Part shown: positions 17,586 through 26,100 of the stretch, piece by piece
How the letters are laid out: each line of letters starts with the position of its first letter
Position numbering within the stretch: position 1 is the first letter of the stretch
NCBI RefSeq assembly: GCF_900289195.1
Contig: NZ_OMOH01000002.1
Coordinates: 271,206-303,205 of the forward strand
Length of the DNA: 32,000 bases
DNA from: Propionibacterium ruminifibrarum
GTDB lineage: Bacteria; Actinomycetota; Actinomycetes; Propionibacteriales; Propionibacteriaceae
Direction of reading: 5' to 3'
Notes under the pieces: generated by a model
What the model saw: only the letters and a program-made list of their open reading frames with translations
The model's database searches: none
What the model was told of the DNA's origin: nothing
Translations under genes and position numbers: made by a program

Positions 17586-18056
17586 TCAGCCCGTCTCGAG
17601 ACGGCGCAGCGTCAGGCCCGCCTGCCCCGCGGTGACGGTGAGGGCGCCCTCCCACTCGCTCGTGGAGAAGACGATCGAGTCGTCGCTGGAGCCCTCGATC
17701 GTCCAGCCCGCACCGGGCAACGTGGCCATGAGGTGGTCGTGCACCCGCCGGCCCTGCCCCTGGTCCATGAGGAGGGTCACCACGTTGTCCTGGTCGACGC
17801 GGCCGGTCAGCACGAGCCCGGCCGGGACGGTGAAGTCCGCGGGCCCATTGCGAAAGCCCAGTTCGGTGAGCCTCACGCCTTCCTGGTCGATGGTCGTCGC
17901 GGTCCGGCCCCCGGCGGGGGACGTGACGGCCGGGCTCTGCGTGGGCGCGGCGGCACCCGCCGAGCAGGCGGCCACGGACAGCAGCGCACCGGCTGCGCCG
18001 AGGACGACGCCGGTCCGCAGGCGGTTCAGCCGGAGCAGGGCGCTGGTGATGTTCAC
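17586..18056 (-). CDS. hypothetical lipoprotein
   Basis: 156-aa ORF with high GC3. It has an N-terminal signal peptide with the lipobox LLSVAAC (MNITSALLRLNRLRTGVVLGAAGALLSVAAC). The mature ~125-aa domain has no motif I recognise. GTG start. Confidence 0.6.
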   Translation of the reverse strand: MNITSALLRLNRLRTGVVLGAAGALLSVAACSAGAAAPTQSPAVTSPAGGRTATTIDQEGVRLTELGFRNGPADFTVPAGLVLTGRVDQDNVVTLLMDQGQGRRVHDHLMATLPGAGWTIEGSSDDSIVFSTSEWEGALTVTAGQAGLTLRRLETG

Positions 18057-18135
18057 CCCTCCAGGCTAGAGGCACCCGCTGCCGTGACCGTGGACACGAC
18101 CGGATGATGCTTCGGGGGTGCGGCACAGTTGGTAC

Positions 18136-18951
18136 ATGCCCGAAGGTCATGTGATCCACCGTCTCGCCAACCGAACCAATGAGTTGTTCGCCGCCCAGCA
18201 GGTCGCCGTGAGCTCCCCGCAGGGACGCTTCGCCGAATCGGCGGCTCTCATCGACGGCACCACGCTGGAGCACGCCGAGACGTGGGGCAAGCACCTGTTC
18301 ATCACCTTCGACGCCGACACGCCCTCGAACATCCTGCAGATCCACCTGGGGCTCATCGGCCGGCTGACGTTCACGCCGCTGGCCGACCCGGTCGGGCAGG
18401 TCCGGGTGCGCATCGCCGACGACACGTGGGCCGCGGACCTGCGCGGACCCCAGATGTGCCGCCTCATCACCGCCACGGAACAGGCCCGGGCGACCGCGAA
18501 ACTCGGCCAGGACCCGCTGCGCGCCGACGCGGACCCGCAGAAGGCCTGGGCGAAGGTGCACCGGTCGTCCAAGCCGATCGCCGCGCTACTGCTGGACCAG
18601 GGCATCTTCGCCGGCGTCGGCAACATCTACCGCGCCGAGGTGCTCTTCCGCCACCACATCGACCCGGCCTGCCCGGGCGGCCAACTCGAGCGCTCCAGTT
18701 TCGACGCGATCTGGGCCGACCTGGTCGAGCTCATGCCACTGGGGGTGCGTGACGGCCGCATCGACACCGTCTACCCCGAGCACACGCCCGAGGCGATGGG
18801 CCGGCCGCCCCGTGTGGACGCCCACGGCGGTGAGGTCTACGTCTACCGGCGCTCCGGCCAGCCCTGCCTGGTCTGCGGCACGACGGTGGAGGAGACCGAC
18901 CTGTCCGGCCGCCACCTGTTCTGGTGCCCGAACTGCCAGCGCCGTCATTGA
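18136..18951 (+). CDS. nei: Fpg/Nei family DNA glycosylase (endonuclease VIII-like)
   Basis: Trimmed so the N-terminus is MPEGHVIHR, which gives the catalytic Pro2-Glu3. It has the H2TH motif GVGNIYRAEVLF and a C-terminal zinc finger CLVCG...WCPNCQ. Confidence 0.88.
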   Translation: MPEGHVIHRLANRTNELFAAQQVAVSSPQGRFAESAALIDGTTLEHAETWGKHLFITFDADTPSNILQIHLGLIGRLTFTPLADPVGQVRVRIADDTWAADLRGPQMCRLITATEQARATAKLGQDPLRADADPQKAWAKVHRSSKPIAALLLDQGIFAGVGNIYRAEVLFRHHIDPACPGGQLERSSFDAIWADLVELMPLGVRDGRIDTVYPEHTPEAMGRPPRVDAHGGEVYVYRRSGQPCLVCGTTVEETDLSGRHLFWCPNCQRRH

Positions 18952-19098
18952 ACGGGCCGACTCGTCGTGCCCGGCACATCGGCGGAACCCCAGGCCGGCA
19001 TGGGGGGCGACGGACACCGGTACCATGATTGCCCTACACTCGCCGTGTAGTGGGGGCGGGTTCAGCGTCCGCTCAGGCCTGACCGTTCAGGAGGAAAC

Positions 19099-20880
19099 GT
19101 GGCTCTTGCCCGCAGCACACGCACCATCTCGAAGGTTCTCATCGCCAATCGTGGTGAGATCGCGGTCCGCGTCATCCGCGCGGCCAGGGACGCCGGGATC
19201 GATTCCGTCGCCGTCTACGCCGATTCCGACTCGCAGTCGCTGTTCGTCCAGCTGGCCGACGAGGCCTTCGCGCTGAACGGGGCGACGCCGGCGGAGACCT
19301 ACCTCGACGTTGAGAAGATCCTGGCGATCGCCGACCGCAGTGGTGCCGATGCGATCCATCCGGGCTACGGCTTCCTGTCGGAGAACCCCGACTTCGCCCG
19401 TGCGGTCATCGACGCGGGCCTGGTCTGGATCGGCCCGCCTCCGGAGGCCATCGAGAACCTCGGCGACAAGGTGTCGGCCCGGACCATCGCGACGAGGGTG
19501 GGCGCGCCGCTCGTGCCGGGAACCGTCGACCCGGTGAACGGCCCCGAGCAGATCATCGAGTTCGCCACCGAGTACGGGCTGCCCGTGGCCATCAAGGCCG
19601 CGTACGGCGGTGGCGGGCGCGGCCTGAAGATCGCGTACACGCTCGATGAGATCCCGGCGATGTACGACTCGGCGACCCGCGAGTCCATCGTGGCCTTCGG
19701 CCGTGGCGAGTGCTACGTCGAGCGGTTCATCGACAGGCCCCGGCACGTCGAGACCCAGTGCCTCGCCGACCAGTACGGCAACGTCGTGGTCGTCTCCACC
19801 CGCGACTGCTCGCTGCAGCGCCGTCACCAGAAGCTCCTGGAGGAGGCACCGGCCCCGTTCCTCACCGACGAGCAGGTCGAGCGCCTCTACTCCAGCTCGA
19901 AGGCCATCTTCAAGGAGGCCGGGTACGTGGGTGCCGGCACCTGCGAGTTCCTCGTGGGCCGGGACGGCACGATCAGCTTCCTCGAGGTCAACACCCGTCT
20001 TCAGGTCGAGCATCCGGTCACCGAGGAGATCAGCGGCCTGGACCTCGTCCGTGAACAGTTCCGCCTCGCCTGCGGCGGCGAGATCGACTACCCGGACCCG
20101 CAGCTGTCCGGCCACGCGTTCGAGTTCCGCATCAACGCCGAGGACCCGGGTCGCGGCTTCATGCCGGCCCCCGGCACGCTGACGCGGTTCCGGCCGCCGT
20201 GCGGCCCCGGGGTCCGCATGGATGAGGGCTACCGCAGGGGCATGAGCGTCCCCGGCGCGTTCGACTCGCTGGTCGCCAAGCTCATCGTCACCGGCCCCAC
20301 CCGCGACATCGCCCTTGAACGCGCCCGCCGCGCCCTGGACGAGATGCGCATCGAGGGCATGCCGACGGTCCTGCCGTTCCACAAGAAGGTGGTCAACGAC
20401 CCGGCCTTCACCGCCCCCGGCGGCGCCTTCAACGTCTTCACCACGTGGATCGAAACCGAGTTCGACAACGACATCGAACCGTATGCCGGTGAACTCGGCG
20501 TCGCCGACGAGGCCCCCGAACGACGCCACGTCGTGGTCGAGGTCAACGGCCGCCGCCTCGAGGTCGTCCTGCCCTCCGGCCTGCAGGCCGCCTCGGGCCG
20601 CAGCGCCGAGAAGCGCCGCAAGCCCACCAAGCGCGGCCGGGGCGGCGGCAAACTGGTCGTCACGGGCGCAGAACTCACCAGCCCGATGCAGGGCACCATC
20701 GTCAAGACCTCGGTCACCGAGGGGCAGCACGTGGAGGAGGGCGACACGGTGGTCGTGCTCGAGGCCATGAAGATGGAGCAGCCGATCGCCGCCCACCGCG
20801 CCGGCGTCGTCCACGATCTCGTGGCCGAGGGCACCGCCGTGGCTTCCGGTGACGTGCTCTGCCAGATCGCCGAGGAGTGA
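19099..20880 (+). CDS. accA3: acetyl/propionyl-CoA carboxylase alpha subunit (biotin carboxylase + BCCP)
   Basis: 593-aa ORF with a GTG start, preceded by AGGAGGA at 19089-19095. Motifs: [53 protein letters not shown], and the biotinylation motif EAMKME near the C-terminus. Confidence 0.95.
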   Translation: MALARSTRTISKVLIANRGEIAVRVIRAARDAGIDSVAVYADSDSQSLFVQLADEAFALNGATPAETYLDVEKILAIADRSGADAIHPGYGFLSENPDFARAVIDAGLVWIGPPPEAIENLGDKVSARTIATRVGAPLVPGTVDPVNGPEQIIEFATEYGLPVAIKAAYGGGGRGLKIAYTLDEIPAMYDSATRESIVAFGRGECYVERFIDRPRHVETQCLADQYGNVVVVSTRDCSLQRRHQKLLEEAPAPFLTDEQVERLYSSSKAIFKEAGYVGAGTCEFLVGRDGTISFLEVNTRLQVEHPVTEEISGLDLVREQFRLACGGEIDYPDPQLSGHAFEFRINAEDPGRGFMPAPGTLTRFRPPCGPGVRMDEGYRRGMSVPGAFDSLVAKLIVTGPTRDIALERARRALDEMRIEGMPTVLPFHKKVVNDPAFTAPGGAFNVFTTWIETEFDNDIEPYAGELGVADEAPERRHVVVEVNGRRLEVVLPSGLQAASGRSAEKRRKPTKRGRGGGKLVVTGAELTSPMQGTIVKTSVTEGQHVEEGDTVVVLEAMKMEQPIAAHRAGVVHDLVAEGTAVASGDVLCQIAEE

Positions 20881-20884
20881 TCTC

Positions 20885-20930
20885 GTGCCCGCCCCGAGCC
20901 GGGGGCGGGCACGACACAACATTTGTTTTC
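20885..20930 (+). terminator. intrinsic terminator downstream of accA3
   Basis: A perfect 11-bp stem, GTGCCCGCCCC (20885-20895) / GGGGCGGGCAC (20902-20912), with the loop GAGCCG. A T-rich tract (ATTTGTTTTCC) follows a few nt downstream. The hairpin starts 5 nt after the stop codon. Confidence 0.75.
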
Positions 20931-21007
20931 CACGGAATAGGATCCGTCCTCGCGCGGTTGTACCGGATGTCACGCACATCAGAGCAACTCGAACGAGGAG
21001 AAGAAGA

Positions 21008-21472
21008 ATGAGCGCTACCGTCGTCGCCCCTGCCACCACCGACACCGTCGCCAAGGCCCTCCAGCAGGCCCTGGTCGACCTCACCGACCTCCACCTGCAG
21101 GCCAAGCAGGCCCACTGGAACATCAAGGGCGAGGGTTTCCGCTCGCTGCACCTCTTCCTCGACGAGATCGTCGATGGCGCCCGTGACGCCGCCGACGAGG
21201 TCGCGGAGCGTCTCGCCGCCCTGGGTGGCACCCCGGACGGGCGCGCCGCCACTGTTGCCGCCACGAGCAGCCTCGACACCGTTGAGGGCGGCGACCTGAA
21301 GGTCGCCGACGTCTACGCGCAGTTCGCCGAGCGCACCGCCAAGGTCGCCGACGTCATCAAGTCCACGCTCGACGCCGTCGACGCCGAGGACCACCTCACC
21401 AATGACCTGCTCATCGGCATCGCCTCCGAGCTGGAGAAGCAGGCCTGGATGCTGCGCGCCTCGCTCGCCTGA
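21008..21472 (+). CDS. dps: Dps family DNA starvation/stationary-phase protection protein (ferritin-like)
   Basis: Trimmed to ATG 21008 (MSATVVAP...), preceded by GAGGAG. Motifs: LVDLTDLHLQAKQAHWNIKG, FRSLHLFLDE, DEVAERLAALGG, AWMLRA. Confidence 0.9.
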   Translation: MSATVVAPATTDTVAKALQQALVDLTDLHLQAKQAHWNIKGEGFRSLHLFLDEIVDGARDAADEVAERLAALGGTPDGRAATVAATSSLDTVEGGDLKVADVYAQFAERTAKVADVIKSTLDAVDAEDHLTNDLLIGIASELEKQAWMLRASLA

Positions 21473-21515
21473 GGCACCGCGCACCCGCCCGGCAGGGCTG
21501 GTCCATAATTCCTTC

Positions 21516-22067
21516 GTGGCCGCGCCGAGGACAACCCGAACCCATGACGGGCAGGGGTCCTGGCGCGGCCACTTCGTGCTGCTCATCCCGGTCCCCCGGC
21601 TCGAGTCCTTCGTCCGGGCCCGGACCATCTTCTACGACGCGTCCTTCCTGAGCGACGACCCGGCGTTCACGCACGCTCACGTCACGCTGCTGGCACCACT
21701 GGACTCACCACCGGGCCACGAGGAGGTGGCCCGGGTGCTGCGGGGCCACGAGCCCTTCGACTTCGAGCTGTCGCGCCTGGGCGTCTTCCGCAATGGGGGC
21801 ATCCACCTGAAACCGGATCCGGCAGAGCCGTTCAGCGCGCTCATCCATGCCCTCATGCGAGCCTTTCCGCAGGTGAGACCCTTCGGCGGGCCGGACCCCG
21901 AACCGCACCTGACGCTCGACATGGTCTCCGACGAGGTGGACGTCGCCTCGACGCGCGCCCTGCTGGGCGACCTCGTCCCGGCACACTGCAGGGCCGACCG
22001 GGTCGAGCTGCACCGTTACGAGGCGAACGCCTGCCGGGTCCTCGACAGCTGGCCGCTGCTCGGCTGA
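21516..22067 (+). CDS. 2H phosphoesterase superfamily protein (2'-5' RNA ligase-like)
   Basis: It has two H-x-T/S-x motifs, HAHVTLLAP and EPHLTLDM, at the spacing expected for the 2H fold. The start is set to the first in-frame GTG after the dps stop (21516), and this start is uncertain. Confidence 0.65.
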   Translation: MAAPRTTRTHDGQGSWRGHFVLLIPVPRLESFVRARTIFYDASFLSDDPAFTHAHVTLLAPLDSPPGHEEVARVLRGHEPFDFELSRLGVFRNGGIHLKPDPAEPFSALIHALMRAFPQVRPFGGPDPEPHLTLDMVSDEVDVASTRALLGDLVPAHCRADRVELHRYEANACRVLDSWPLLG

Positions 22068-22148
22068 ACAGCCTGTCCCCCGCCCGAGACGACCGCCAGC
22101 TGGCAGCCCATCGACCTCATCGAGCACGAGCTGCGGGCCTGACCGGGC

Positions 22149-23156
22149 TCACGCCCAGGAGTACAGCACCTTCATGTACTGGGCTCGTTCGAAGGCGGCC
22201 GGGTCCTCGACGGACTGGGCGTCCATGGCACCGCGCAGCTGGTCGACCGACTCGTAGTCCCTCGAGGCCAGCCAGTCGCGCGCCTCGTCGATCATCGCCG
22301 TGACGGCGCCGGGCCCCGCGGTGAGTACGGCCGAGGTGGTGCAGGCCACCTGGGCTCCGACGATGAGGGACTTCACCACGTCGATCCCGGTGTGAACGCC
22401 TCCGGTGACCGCGATCTGCAGACCGGGGCACTGGGCGGCCAGGATGGCGGTCCAGCGCAGACGCAACGGCAGCTCGGCGGATGTCGACAGGGCCAGCTGC
22501 GGGGTGACGGCCAGCGCGGCCAGGTCGATGTCAGGCCCGTAGAAGCGGTTGAACAGCACCAGGGCGTCGGCGCCCTCCTCGTAGGCGCGCGGGGCGAAGC
22601 TGGACAGCGAGGACAGGTACGGCGAGATCTTCAGGGCCAGCGGCAGGTCGCCGACGGCCGCCTTCACCTCGGCGATGACCTTCAGATAGCCGTCTTCGAC
22701 GTCGGCCGAGGTGCGAGCGGGGTCGGCGGCGACGTCGTAGAGGTTGAGTTCCAGGGCGTCCGCACCGGCCTCGGCGAGCAGCCCGCCGTAATGCGACCAG
22801 TCGCCGGGGCGGGTGCCGTTGAGTGAGGCGATGACCGGGATCGACAGGGTCCGCTTGGCGTCGGCCACCAGGGTGACGTGGCGGTCGGTGGCGGCCGAAC
22901 CGACCATGGGTATGTCGGCAAGTGGGGCCGAGTCGAACTCGGCGAAACTGTCGCCCATGTCGAGCACGGAGTTCGCCGCCATCTCCTCGGCCTCGATCTC
23001 CTCGGCGAAGAGGCTGGGCAGGACGACGGCGCCGGCGCCGGCCGCCTCGAGTTCGGCCAGCGTGCCGGTCCCGTTGGTGTGCGGGCCGGCCGAGGCCACG
23101 ACGGGGCTGGGCAGGTCGAGCCCGAGGTAAGAGGTGCCCATCCGCGGAGAGCTCAT
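22149..23156 (-). CDS. dihydroorotate dehydrogenase-like flavoprotein (PFOR-associated family; not a canonical PyrD)
   Basis: 335-aa TIM-barrel ORF. Motifs: YLGLDLPSPVVASAGP, VVLPSLFAEEIE, ADALELNLYDVAADP, LFNRFYGPDIDL, VTGGVHTGIDVVKSLIVGA, AAFERAQYMKVL. ATG 23156 overlaps the nifJ stop (ATGA), and GGGAGGA lies 7 nt upstream of it. Confidence 0.8.
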   Translation of the reverse strand: MSSPRMGTSYLGLDLPSPVVASAGPHTNGTGTLAELEAAGAGAVVLPSLFAEEIEAEEMAANSVLDMGDSFAEFDSAPLADIPMVGSAATDRHVTLVADAKRTLSIPVIASLNGTRPGDWSHYGGLLAEAGADALELNLYDVAADPARTSADVEDGYLKVIAEVKAAVGDLPLALKISPYLSSLSSFAPRAYEEGADALVLFNRFYGPDIDLAALAVTPQLALSTSAELPLRLRWTAILAAQCPGLQIAVTGGVHTGIDVVKSLIVGAQVACTTSAVLTAGPGAVTAMIDEARDWLASRDYESVDQLRGAMDAQSVEDPAAFERAQYMKVLYSWA

Positions 23157-26100
23157 TCGGAATCCTCCCTCTCGGCCTGCGCCGCCCGTTCGGCGGCGAG
23201 CCTCGCCCGGCGAGCAGCAATCGCCGCAGCACGCTCCTCCTTCGACGGACGAGCACCCGACTCCTCGGTGGAGCCCCCACCAGCAGCAGCCCGTTCAGCA
23301 GCGAGCCTCGCCCGGCGAGCAGCAATCGCCGCAGCACGCTCCTCCTTCGACGGACGAGCACCCGACTCCTGGGCGGTGCCGTCTGCCGGGCCCCGGGCGC
23401 CGCCGGCGGCCGTGGCCTGGGGGCGGTTCGCCCGGGCCGCGTCGCCGTCGGGGTTGGCCCTCATGGCGGGTCGGGCGACGACGTCGCCGTCCTTCCGCTC
23501 AGGGTCCTGGTCCTGCGACCTGCCGGTGGGCAGGGCGCGTTCGATGCCGGCGACCTGACTGTAGTAGCGCCAGCGCTCGTCGGCGTCGGCCTGGGCGAGT
23601 TTCTCGAGCTCCGCGGCACGTTCCGGGTTGGATCGTTTGAGCATCGCGAAACGAGCCTCTTTCGCCATGAAGTCGCCGATCCGGCCAGTCGGCGCCTTCG
23701 AGTCGAGGTGCAGCGGCACCGCGTGCTCGTCCTCGCTCGGGCGGAAGCGGTACAGCGGCCAGTAGCCGCTGGACACGGCCTCTGCCTGGTGGGTCATGGA
23801 CGTGCCCATGTCGATGCCGTGGGCGATGCAGGTGGCGTAGGCGATGATCAGGCTCGGCCCCGGCCAGGCCTGGGCCTCGAGCAGCGCGCGGACCGTCTGC
23901 TGCTGGTTGGCGCCCATGGAGACCTGGGCGACGAAGACGTCGCCGTAGGCCTGGGCGATGAGCCCCAGATCCTTCTTGGCGCCGCCCTTGCCCTTCGCCG
24001 CGAACTTCGCCGCCGCGCCTCGCGGCGTGGCCTTCGAGGCCTGGCCGCCGGTGTTCGAGTAGACCTCGGTGTCGAGCACCAGGATGTTGACGTTGCGGCC
24101 GCTGGCGAGCACGTGGTCGAGGCCGCCGTAGCCGATGTCGTAGGCCCACCCGTCGCCGCCGATGATCCACACCGACTTCTCGACGAGCTCGTCGGCCAGT
24201 GAGGCCAGACGCACGGCGGCGGCGTCGCTGCGCCCCTCCAGGGCCTTCTTCAGCTGGGCGACGCGTTCCCGCTGGTCGATGACGCCCTGCTCCTGACTCA
24301 TGTCGGCCCCGAGCAGCGCCGAGACCAGGTCGGGGTCGAGCCCCGGCAGCTCGCCGACGAGCCGCCTGGCCTCGTTGTGCTGCTGCTCCCAGGCCAGGCG
24401 CATGCCCAGGCCGAACTCGGCGTTGTCCTCGAACAGCGAGTTGCTCCAGGCCGGGCCGCGCCCGTGCGGATCCATCGCGTACGGGGCGGTCGGCAGGTTG
24501 CCGCCGTAGATGGACGAGCAGCCAGTGGCGTTGGCCACGAGCATGCGGTCGCCGAACAACTGGGTGAGCGTCCGGATGTACGGAGTCTCGCCGCAGCCGG
24601 AGCAGGCCAGCGAGAACTCGAACAACGGCTGCAGCTGGGCGACTCCCTTGACCTGGTCGTGACGCACCTTGGTGCGATCGATCTCGGGCAGGCCGAGGAA
24701 GTAGTCGTAGTTGGTGCGTTCGGTCTCCAGGTGGTCCCGGCGCGGCTCCATGTTGATGGCCTTGTGCTTGACCTCGGTCTTGGACTTGGCGGGGCAGACG
24801 TCCACGCAGATGGAGCAGCCGGTGCAGTCGTCCGGGGCCACCTGGACGACGAGTCTGTGGTCGGTCAGCTTGCGGTCCCGGTAGTTCTTCGACTTGAAGC
24901 CCTCGGGGGCGTCGTCGAACTCCTCGGCGGGGGCGACCTTGATGCGGATCGCCGCGTGCGGGCAGGCGATGGCGCACTTGCCGCAGTCGATGCACAGGCT
25001 CTCGTCCCAGATCGGGATCTCCTCGGCTATGCCGCGCTTCTCGTACCTGCTCGTGGCGATCGGCCAGGTGCCGTCGACGGGCAGCAGGCTGACCGGCAGG
25101 CGGTCGCCGTCGCCGCGCAGCATGGCGCCGGTGACGCGCTGGACGAAATCGGGGGCCTCGTCAGGCAGGGGCTTCATGCGTGCCAGACCGGAGAACTCCT
25201 CGCCGGGGGTGATGCGGATCATGTTGTCGATCGCCGCGTCGACCGCCTTGAAGTTGCGTTCGACGATGATGCGCCCGCGCTTGCTCAGATAGGTCTTCTC
25301 GATGCTCTCCTTGATCCTGGCGATCGCGTCGTCCCGGTCCATGACGCCCGACAGGTAGAAGTAGCAGGGCTGCATGACCGTGTTGATGCGCTGGCCCAGC
25401 CCCGCCTCGTGGGCGACCTGGGTGGCGTCGATGACCCACAGGTCGAGTCCGCGTTCGGTGATGATCCGCTGGATGTCCTCGGGCAGCCGGTCCCAGGTGT
25501 CGGCGCCGTACGGGGAGTTGATGAGCACCGTCGCCCCGGGCTTGGCGAGGTCGAGGGTACGCATCTTCTCGAGCATCTCGAACTGGTGCACGGCGACGAA
25601 GTCCGCCTCGTCGACGAGGTACGGGGCATCGATGGGTTCGCTGCCGAAGCGCAGGTGGCTGACCGTCGTGGCGCCCGACTTGCGGGAGTCGTAGACGAAG
25701 TAGCCCTGGGCGTAGCGGCCGGGTTCGGAGGCGATGATCTTCACCGAGTTCTTGGCCGCGCCGACGGTTCCGTCGGCGCCCAGCCCGTAGAAGACCGCGG
25801 TCAGGCCCTCGGGCGTGATCTGGAAGTTCTCGTCGACCGGCAGCGACAGTTTCGTCACGTCATCGTCGATCCCGACGGTGAAGCGGCGGTGGCGTTCAGG
25901 GCCGGCGAGATCGTCGAAGACCGCCTTCGCCATGGCCGGGGTGAACTCCTTGGAACCCAGCCCGTAGCGGCCACCGGTGACCTGTGGCAGGCCGCCCGTG
26001 AAGTGCTCCGCCGCCTCGGCGACCGCCATGACGACATCGGCGAACAACGGTTCGCCGGCGCTGCCGGGCTCCTTGGTGCGGTCGAGGACGGCGATCCGGC

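Noticed and set aside
15006-18561. Two 540-aa ORFs on the - strand (15006..16628 and 16939..18561)
   Set aside because: They are antisense to accD5 and to maf and nei, or off-frame over the lipoprotein gene. They have a biased Arg/Gly/Asp composition and no motifs.
19087-21279. 730-aa ORF on the - strand
   Set aside because: It is antisense to accA3 and dps, both of which have strong motif support, so it is a shadow ORF.
22096-22105. 10-bp palindrome GCCAGCTGGC between the convergent 2H-phosphoesterase and DHOD-like genes
   Set aside because: It is a short self-complementary GC-rich sequence with no loop and no T tract, so it is probably fortuitous.
22531-23640. Arg-rich ORFs with internal repeats: 22531..23361 (-), 22878..23558 (+) and 23134..23640 (+)
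   Set aside because: Their repeats are the nifJ 105-bp tandem duplication read in other frames or on the other strand. They overlap the DHOD-like gene and nifJ, so they are not independent genes.
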